DNA of 49,905 nucleotides from Verrucomicrobiota bacterium. Its GTDB lineage: Bacteria > Verrucomicrobiota > Verrucomicrobiia > Limisphaerales > UBA9464. Positions 28,648-35,415 of the stretch are shown here, piece by piece. The DNA is taken from the NCBI GenBank assembly GCA_026397755.1, contig JAPLUF010000118.1, positions 1 through 49,905 of the forward strand, written 5' to 3'. How positions within the stretch are numbered: the stretch's first letter is position 1; every line of letters starts with the position of its first letter. Both the position numbers and the translations under genes were made by a program. Below the pieces are notes generated by a model. It saw only the letters and a program-made list of their open reading frames with translations, was not told the origin of the DNA and ran no database searches.

Positions 28648-29513
28648 GTCCCCCCACTGACACCCCTTCGTCTCCCTCGATCGACGAGTCTCGCCGCGGC
28701 TTGGATCTTGGTTCAGACCGTCGTTTTCTGGCGGCCTTGATCCTCTTGGGGGGCACTTATGTGATCTTGCTCTTGGCGATGGTGGTCGCCGATTTATTTT
28801 ACACCACGCCCGGACACCTGTGGCATGCCTTGGGTTCGCCCGAGATCCGGTATGCCATCCGATTGAGTCTCTTGAGTTGCACGCTCACGACGCTGCTCTC
28901 GCTGTGGGTGGCGGTGCCGATCGGGTACTTGATGGCCCGCTTCGAGTTTCCAGGTCGGGCCATTCTGGATGCCTTGTTAGATATCCCGATCGTGCTCCCA
29001 CCCTTGGTGATTGGTTTGAGTTTGTTGATTCTCTTCCAGACAGCCCCGCTTCGGGCCCTCGAAACGGTGTTTCCGGTCACCTATGCGGTGCCTTCGGTCA
29101 TCCTGGCGCAGTTTATGGTCGCCTGTGCGTTTGCTGTCCGCACGCTCCGAACAACCTTTGCCCAAATCAACCCTCGCCAAGAACAAGTGGCCATGACCTT
29201 GGGTTGCAATCGGGCCCAAGCCTTCTGGCGGGTGGTGCTGCCGGCCGCGCGCCCGGGCATCCTCACGGCAGCCACTTTAGCGTGGGCTCGGGCACTCGGT
29301 GAATTTGGGCCTATCCTCGTTTTCTCGGGAGCCACCCGCATGAAGACAGAGGTGCTGCCAACCACCGTCTTTCTGGAACTCTCCGTCGGCCGATTGGAAG
29401 CGGCGGTCGCCGTCTCATTGCTGATGATGGGTTCGGCCGTGGTGGCCTTGCTCTTGGTGCGTACCTGGGGCGGGACCGGGCTTGGCGGCGGAACCTCCCT
29501 TCAACACAAATGA
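28644..29513 (+). CDS. modB: ModB/CysTW-type ABC transporter permease
   Basis: Proposed TTG start at 28644 overlaps the upstream TGA (TTGA). Multi-TM. Permease EAA-like loop region ...AWARALGEFGPILVFSG. The longer ORF from 28281 overlaps the binding-protein gene. Confidence 0.72.
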   Translation: MSPPTDTPSSPSIDESRRGLDLGSDRRFLAALILLGGTYVILLLAMVVADLFYTTPGHLWHALGSPEIRYAIRLSLLSCTLTTLLSLWVAVPIGYLMARFEFPGRAILDALLDIPIVLPPLVIGLSLLILFQTAPLRALETVFPVTYAVPSVILAQFMVACAFAVRTLRTTFAQINPRQEQVAMTLGCNRAQAFWRVVLPAARPGILTAATLAWARALGEFGPILVFSGATRMKTEVLPTTVFLELSVGRLEAAVAVSLLMMGSAVVALLLVRTWGGTGLGGGTSLQHK

Positions 29514-30145
29514 TCTCCCTCCGTCACATCACGGTTCAGGCAGGGAGTTTCCACCTTCGGGATCTCTCGATGGAGATTCCCACCGGAAGCCATACCGCTC
29601 TCATGGGGCGAACGGGGTAGGGCAAAACCACTTTGCTCGAAGGGATTTGCGGTTTGCGTTCGGTTCGTTCGGGATCGATTTGGATCGGAGACCGTGAGGT
29701 GACAAATTTGCTGCCCGGACAGAGAGGTATTGGATTGGTTCCGCAGGACGGGGCTCTCTTTGATCACCTGACCGTGCGTCAGCACTTGGAGTTTGCCTTG
29801 GAAGTGCGGGGCTGGGCTCCTGAGCGCCGCGAAAGCCGTTCCCAGGAATTGGCTGAATGGCTGGGCTTGACCCTGCTCATGGATCGTCTGCCCGCCGGGA
29901 TGAGTGGCGGGGAACGTCAGCGGGTCGCGTTGGGGCGGGCCTTGGCCTTCCATCCGCCGGTCCTTTGCCTCGATGAGCCGTTGTCGGCCCTCGATGATCA
30001 AACACGGGGTGAAATCGTTGCTGTTCTGACCGAGATCCGGAATCGCACCGGCATCACGATCTTGCACATTACCCACAACCGCTCCGAAGCCGAGCGATTG
30101 GCCGACCGAATCCTCCACTTGCGCGATGGACGCCTTGAATCCTGA
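29510..30145 (+). pseudogene. modC: ModC-like ABC ATPase with an in-frame TAG (29618-29620) inside the Walker A motif
   Basis: ATG 29510 overlaps the modB stop (ATGA). It reads MGRTG-TAG-GKTTLLE in the same frame as ORF 29633-30145. Signature [15 protein letters not shown], Walker B LCLDEPLSALD, H-loop ITHN. Confidence 0.78.
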
Positions 30146-30929
30146 GCTTCCGGCGGGCGCTGACCGATGCCCCGAGCTGACCGCCGACGAGGTGGAGGCC
30201 TACGGCTGGCAAATTCCCGTGGGCGGCTTTGGTGAGTTGGCCCAGCGCCGTCTCAAGGGGGCCTCAGTGCTGGTGTCTCGTGTGGGTGGACTGGGTGGCA
30301 TGGTGGCCTTTGAATTGGCGGCTGCTGGAGTCGGGCGGTTAATTCTCGCCCACGGCGGTAATTTACGTTCCGACGACCTCAACCGCCAATTGCTCATGAC
30401 CCATGACCACATTGGTAAGCCTCGCATCGACTGCGCCGTGGCGCGATTGAAGGCCTTGAATCCGCGGGTAGAAATCGTAGCCGAGCCGGCCAACATCACG
30501 GAGGACAACGCCGCGCGATTGGTGGGCCTGGCCGATGTCGTGGTGGATTGCGCTCCCCTCTTTGAAGAGCGCTACTTGATGAACCGCGAGGCCATGCGTC
30601 AGGGGCGGCCGATGGTGGAAGCGGCCGTCTATGATTTGGAGTTTCACCTGACCACGTTCGTGCCGGGAGTCACCGGATGCCTGCGGTGCCTGTACCCTCA
30701 GCAAAGCCAGACATGGTCCCGGAGATTTCCCGTGCTGGGGGCCGTGTCGGGGACGGCCGGAGGGATGGCTGCCCTCGAGGCCATCAAGGTCATCACCGGG
30801 TGTGCGCGTCCTCTGGAGGGAAGATTGCTGGCTTGCGATTTGCGAACTTACCGGATGTCCCAGTTGAAGATCGGTCGGATTCCCGGCTGTGTGGACTGCG
30901 CTCAACGCACGGGAGGCAAGGCATTATGA
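30126..30929 (+). CDS. ThiF/MoeB/HesA-family E1-like adenylyltransferase
   Basis: 267 aa. Nucleotide loop VSRVGGLGGMVAFELAAAGVGRL, NRQ motif DDLNRQLL, two CxxC pairs (CLRC, CVDC). Overlaps the modC end by 20 nt. Confidence 0.82.
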   Translation: MDALNPELPAGADRCPELTADEVEAYGWQIPVGGFGELAQRRLKGASVLVSRVGGLGGMVAFELAAAGVGRLILAHGGNLRSDDLNRQLLMTHDHIGKPRIDCAVARLKALNPRVEIVAEPANITEDNAARLVGLADVVVDCAPLFEERYLMNREAMRQGRPMVEAAVYDLEFHLTTFVPGVTGCLRCLYPQQSQTWSRRFPVLGAVSGTAGGMAALEAIKVITGCARPLEGRLLACDLRTYRMSQLKIGRIPGCVDCAQRTGGKAL

Positions 30930-32131
30930 AGGTCTGTAATCGATTTCGAAGCAAGGTGGGGTGGCTCGTATTCCTCGTGGCCGTATCCGCCTGGGCGTGC
31001 CGCTACTCGGTTCGCGACACCGGCTTTGTGGATCTGGGGCTAGAAGCCTATCGATTGCGATGGGTGACCGAATCGGGAGCTTCGGCGGAGGTGCGTTCCA
31101 AGGCCGAATTGCTGCTGCGCGATTCCAATTTGATCTGGGACGAAGATCCCACGGGCGGGGGCTTCCCGCGGGCTGCTGGGTTGTACTTGCGCGATGTGGA
31201 AGGCCGCATTCTGAGCCTGCCATTGTCCAATCCTTCCGACGCGACGGCGGTGCTGCGAGGTGTCGAGATCGCGGTGATGTCGCCGCTGCGGGAGCGGGTG
31301 TATCGCGATGGGCTTCGTGCTTACGCGCTGGTTTTATTGCTCGAAGGCACCGATGGGGAGGCCAATGCCCGAGTCCGTCAGGATGTCGACTCCGCCATTA
31401 CCGCCACGGCGCGGTTACTGTCTTCGATGCCCAAGCCGGTGGAGACCCCGCCGCAATTGGTGGCCGTGTCGTTGAAGGAACAGGCGACCGAGAAGGTTCT
31501 GGTCTGGGGCTTGGGCTTGGATCCTGCGTCCACGGATTCACCTCGGGTGGTCCTCGTTTTTGGTCGAGGACGCCGGTTGGGTTTGCCCTTGGAAGGGCCA
31601 CTCATCACGCAAACGGCCTTGCGAGACCGATTGCTACTCATTGGTCAGGACTGCGAATGCGATTTGGATCGGGCCTGGTTGAAGGGGCCTCTCTTGCCGG
31701 GGCGTTGGGGGCGCGATTTGCAGCAGGCTGCCTTGGACACGCTGGGTTTCGATCCGGGCAATCCCATGGTGCGTGCCGAGATCAGCCGCATTGTTGAACG
31801 CGGACCACAGAATCCCGGGCGTCGTCGCCCGCCGTCTTCCGGGACCTCGCTGGGTTACTCCGAGGAGTCGGTCGAAACGGTGCTCGGGTCGGAATCCGAT
31901 CCAGCCGAGCCATCGAATACTCAGGCTGCTCCGGCCACTTCCGCGACTTCGACGGACCCGACTGCTTCGATAGTTCCTACGGCGTTGACCTCATCGACCG
32001 CGCTGTCGAAACCACCGCCCATTTCCACCGCAACGAACCCGGGTCGCGGCCTTTGGTTCGTCTTGGCGGGGGCTTTGACCGTCTTTTTTGCTGCGGGTCT
32101 CGGTCTTTGGTTTCGTGCGTCCAAGCGATGA
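30926..32131 (+). CDS. Hypothetical bitopic membrane protein (N-terminal signal/anchor, Ser/Thr/Pro-rich linker, C-terminal TM)
   Basis: Start trimmed to ATG 30926 (ATGA overlap with the upstream stop). VGWLVFLVAVSAWACRYSVRDTGFVDLG, LIGQDCECDLDRAW, C-terminal GLWFVLAGALTVFFAAGLGLWF. No family recognised. Confidence 0.55.
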   Translation: MKVCNRFRSKVGWLVFLVAVSAWACRYSVRDTGFVDLGLEAYRLRWVTESGASAEVRSKAELLLRDSNLIWDEDPTGGGFPRAAGLYLRDVEGRILSLPLSNPSDATAVLRGVEIAVMSPLRERVYRDGLRAYALVLLLEGTDGEANARVRQDVDSAITATARLLSSMPKPVETPPQLVAVSLKEQATEKVLVWGLGLDPASTDSPRVVLVFGRGRRLGLPLEGPLITQTALRDRLLLIGQDCECDLDRAWLKGPLLPGRWGRDLQQAALDTLGFDPGNPMVRAEISRIVERGPQNPGRRRPPSSGTSLGYSEESVETVLGSESDPAEPSNTQAAPATSATSTDPTASIVPTALTSSTALSKPPPISTATNPGRGLWFVLAGALTVFFAAGLGLWFRASKR

Positions 32132-33285
32132 ACTTAACTCTCCAAAACATCTTGCGGGAAGGGTGGTACTCCCGCCTCAACTCAGCCCTGATGCTCGTCG
32201 CATTGACGGGAGCGGTGACCTTGCTCACGGCCGTGCACCTGCTTACCGCGGCCGCGGAACGCGAGACCCGGCGTGTGGTTCGGGACATGGGGTTCAACTT
32301 GCGAATTCTTCCCAAGGACACCGATCCCGAGCGTTTTTTTCTGGAAGGCTATTCGGAGAACACGCTGCCGGCGGACACCGTGACTCGCTTGGCGGCGGGT
32401 GCAGGGACCTTCATCACCTTCAATCACCTGACACCCGTCTTGGAACGGCGGATTCGCCTGGGCGGTCACGAGTGCCTGCTCACGGGACTGGGTGACACGG
32501 TCGTCGGGCCGGGTGAAAAGAAACAGCCCATGGGTTTTCGCATCGCCCCGGGAACGGCTCAACTCGGGAGTATTTTGGCCGAGCGATTGGGAGTGAAGGT
32601 GGGCGGGACTGTGGAAGTGGCCGGCCGAACACTCAGCGTGGAACGGGTTCTGTTGGAGGCGGGAACGGACGAAGACGTGCGGCTTTACACCGCCTTGTCC
32701 GATGCGCAAATCGCCCTCGGTTTGCCGGGTCGCATTAGCGAGATCAAGGCCATCGATTGCCTGTGCCTGACGGCTGATCAGGATCCTTTGCCGAAGATCC
32801 GCGAAGCGCTGTCACAATTGTTGCCGGAGGCTCGGGTAATTCAAATGCGCGCCTTGGCCGACGCGCGGGCCAAGCAACGCCAGGCCTCGGAACGGGTAAG
32901 CGCCTTCGCCGTGCCGATGACCTTGCTGGTGGCGGCCGTGTGGGTTTTGGTGCTGGCCGTGTTGAACGTGCGTCAGCGCCGGGTAGAGATCGGTCTCTGG
33001 CGTGCCTTGGGGACAGGCTCTTCACGCATTGCCGCGTTGTTCCTAGGCAAGGCGGTGCTGCTGGGCGGATTGGGCGGTGCGTTGGGATGGACTATCGGAA
33101 CCCTCGTGGCGTTGCGCTGGGGGCCTGACTTGTTTCCGGTGACGGCGGCCTCGTTGAAAATGGATCCTACCCTGATTGGGCCGGCCCTGACCTGGACGCC
33201 GCTCTTCGCGGCCGCCTCCAGTTTTCTGCCGGCGATGATGGCGGTGTCGCAGGACCCGGCCGAAACACTCCGAGCCGATGGATGA
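32128..33285 (+). CDS. FtsX-family (MacB/LolCE-type) ABC transporter permease
   Basis: Start ATG 32128 (ATGA overlap). N-terminal TM, large extracytoplasmic domain. FtsX motif RRVEIGLWRALGTGSSRIAALFLGKA followed by TMs. Confidence 0.75.
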   Translation: MNLTLQNILREGWYSRLNSALMLVALTGAVTLLTAVHLLTAAAERETRRVVRDMGFNLRILPKDTDPERFFLEGYSENTLPADTVTRLAAGAGTFITFNHLTPVLERRIRLGGHECLLTGLGDTVVGPGEKKQPMGFRIAPGTAQLGSILAERLGVKVGGTVEVAGRTLSVERVLLEAGTDEDVRLYTALSDAQIALGLPGRISEIKAIDCLCLTADQDPLPKIREALSQLLPEARVIQMRALADARAKQRQASERVSAFAVPMTLLVAAVWVLVLAVLNVRQRRVEIGLWRALGTGSSRIAALFLGKAVLLGGLGGALGWTIGTLVALRWGPDLFPVTAASLKMDPTLIGPALTWTPLFAAASSFLPAMMAVSQDPAETLRADG

Positions 33286-33991
33286 CGCCATGAACTTACC
33301 TCTCATCGAAGCTTCGGGCCTCACCCGGAATTACGCCTCCAAACCCGGCGTGGTGGCTGGTGTCACCGATTTGTCCCTGCGCGTGGAGCGCGGTGAGTTC
33401 GTGGTGATCCAAGGCGCGAGTGGATCGGGTAAGAGCACCTTGTTAATGATGTTGGGAGCGCTGCTCCGGGCGGAGCGTGGAACCCTGCGTATTGACGGGG
33501 TGGAGTTGACCCGCCTCAGCGCCGTTGAGAGGTCCGGATATCGGGCGCGTTCGGTGGGCTTCGTCTTCCAATTATTCCATCTCGTTCCTTACCTGAGCGT
33601 GCACCGCAACGTGCTTTCCGGACTGCCTCCGGGCGGTGCTATCGAGTTGTCGGAAGCCGATCGGTGGATTGATGCGCTGGGGTTGACCGAGCGCCGTGAC
33701 GCAAACCCCGCGACACTGAGTGCCGGTGAGCGGCAGCGGGTGGCCTTGGCTCGAGCCTTGGTCAAACGACCGCCATTGATTTTGGCCGATGAACCGACCG
33801 GCAATCTAGATCCCGACAATGCGGCCCGGGTGCTGGAGCACTTGGACCACTACCGTCGCTCTGGCGGTACGGTGGTGCTGGTGACCCACGGTTCCGAGGC
33901 CAATCGGTATGCTACCCAACGTCTCCGGTTGGAGGCCGGGCGCTGGGCGGTTCCATCCGCATTTCCCCTTTTTAACGACTCTGCATCATGA
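33278..33991 (+). CDS. ABC transporter ATP-binding protein (MacB/LolD-type)
   Basis: Walker [10 protein letters not shown], signature [15 protein letters not shown], Walker [12 protein letters not shown]. Alternative start at 33290. Confidence 0.88.
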   Translation: MDDAMNLPLIEASGLTRNYASKPGVVAGVTDLSLRVERGEFVVIQGASGSGKSTLLMMLGALLRAERGTLRIDGVELTRLSAVERSGYRARSVGFVFQLFHLVPYLSVHRNVLSGLPPGGAIELSEADRWIDALGLTERRDANPATLSAGERQRVALARALVKRPPLILADEPTGNLDPDNAARVLEHLDHYRRSGGTVVLVTHGSEANRYATQRLRLEAGRWAVPSAFPLFNDSAS

Positions 33992-35415
33992 ACCGATTCT
34001 GTACTTTGATCGCATCGGCCGCCGTCTGGGCCGTGGCTTCCGCCCGAGCCGCCGACTGGCCCACCTACCGTGGAGACTATTCTCGCAGTGGTGTCTCCAC
34101 CCAGAGCTTGGCCGGGACGCCCGTGGTCTCGTGGACTTGGCAATCGAAGCACCCACCACAACCTGCGTGGCAGGGAGAGGCCAAGTGGGATGGCTGGAAC
34201 AAGGTTTTCGACCTGAAGCCGCGTCAGGCCTTCGACCGTGCTTTCCATGTCGTGGTCTCGGGGCGTCGGGCCTACTTCGGTTCTTCGGCCGATGATCAGG
34301 TGCGCTGCTTGGATACCCGATCGGGAAACGTGCTCTGGAGCTTTTTTACCGAGGGACCGGTCCGATTGGCTCCGACCCTTCAAGAGGGTCGCATTTATTT
34401 CGGGAGCGATGATGGCTGCGTCTATTGCCTGAAGTCGGACGATGGACAGTTGATTTGGAAGACTCGGGCCGTCCCGACAGATCGACGGATTCCGGGCAAT
34501 AGTCGCATTATATCGGCCTGGCCGGTGCGCACTTCCGTGGTGGTCCAAGACGGCAAGGTGTATGTGACAGCGGGAATGTTTCCGGCCGACGGAGTCCACT
34601 TGGTCGCATTGGATGCGGGCACCGGAACGGAAGTCTGGCGGCAGGTCCAGAACGACCTCCCGGCTCAGGGCTACTTGTTGGCATCCCGCAGTCGCCTTTA
34701 CGTGCCGGCGGGGCGCAACAATCCAGCCGTCTGCGATATCGCGACAGGCAAGCGGGTGCGCGTGGTCGAGGGAGCTGGCGGAACTTATGCGCTCTTGACC
34801 GATGATTTGCTCGTCTTTGGACCGGGCAAAACCGGGCAATTGGGAGCGGTGGAGGAGGGGAGCTCCGATCAACTGGCCAGCTTCCAGGGCAACCACATGA
34901 TCGTCACGGGCAACCGGTCGTACTTGCACTCGGATTCGGAAATCACCGCCCTCGATCGCGGCCGCTATTTGCAACTGGCGCGTGAGCGGAAATCTATTTC
35001 GCGACAGCAAGGCGAGTTGGCCAAGAAGGCCAAATCTCTGGCCAGTAAGGCGGGCACCGAGGCCGAGCGCGAAGCCATCAAGAAGCAGTTGGCCGACTTG
35101 GGCAAACGCCTCGATGAAGCCACCCAGGCCATGGACCAATGCCTGCTGTGGAAGGCGCCTTCGATCTGGCCCCACTGTGTAATCTTGTCGGGCGACACAC
35201 TCATCCTCGGCGGCTCCAGCGAAGTGGCTGGTTTGCCGTCAGCCTCCGGCAAACTGGGGTGGAAACTCCCGGTTCCCGGCATCGCCTACGGATTGGCCGC
35301 GGCCGATGACGCGGTGTTTGTTAGCACCGATCGCGGGGCGATCCTCTGTCTTCGCTCTCCGAGTGCCTCGGAACCCTCTGCCTCTTCCAACGCTTCGACC
35401 TCTTCCCGGCCATGA
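33988..35415 (+). CDS. PQQ-like (BamB-like) beta-propeller repeat protein with an inserted coiled-coil, secreted
   Basis: Signal peptide. Repeats such as RRAYFGSSADDQVRCLDTRSGNVLW and GRIYFGSDDGCVYCLKSDDGQLIWK. ATGA overlaps at both ends. Confidence 0.72.
   Translation: MNRFCTLIASAAVWAVASARAADWPTYRGDYSRSGVSTQSLAGTPVVSWTWQSKHPPQPAWQGEAKWDGWNKVFDLKPRQAFDRAFHVVVSGRRAYFGSSADDQVRCLDTRSGNVLWSFFTEGPVRLAPTLQEGRIYFGSDDGCVYCLKSDDGQLIWKTRAVPTDRRIPGNSRIISAWPVRTSVVVQDGKVYVTAGMFPADGVHLVALDAGTGTEVWRQVQNDLPAQGYLLASRSRLYVPAGRNNPAVCDIATGKRVRVVEGAGGTYALLTDDLLVFGPGKTGQLGAVEEGSSDQLASFQGNHMIVTGNRSYLHSDSEITALDRGRYLQLARERKSISRQQGELAKKAKSLASKAGTEAEREAIKKQLADLGKRLDEATQAMDQCLLWKAPSIWPHCVILSGDTLILGGSSEVAGLPSASGKLGWKLPVPGIAYGLAAADDAVFVSTDRGAILCLRSPSASEPSASSNASTSSRP

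Noticed and set aside
30126-30929. The ThiF-like gene as a microcin C (MccB)-type or RiPP-modifying enzyme with the adjacent ABC pair as exporter
   Set aside because: The protein is only 267 aa, a bare MoeB/ThiF core with two CxxC pairs, and lacks an N-terminal peptide-clamp/RRE-like extension. I saw no short precursor-peptide ORF nearby. The molybdate-importer context favours MoeB-like function, although this is not proven.
33850-35175. 441-aa minus-strand ORF
   Set aside because: It is antisense to the ABC ATPase end and the PQQ-repeat gene. The plus-strand genes are translationally coupled and carry motifs, while the minus product is low-complexity Arg/Gly/Pro/Ala.
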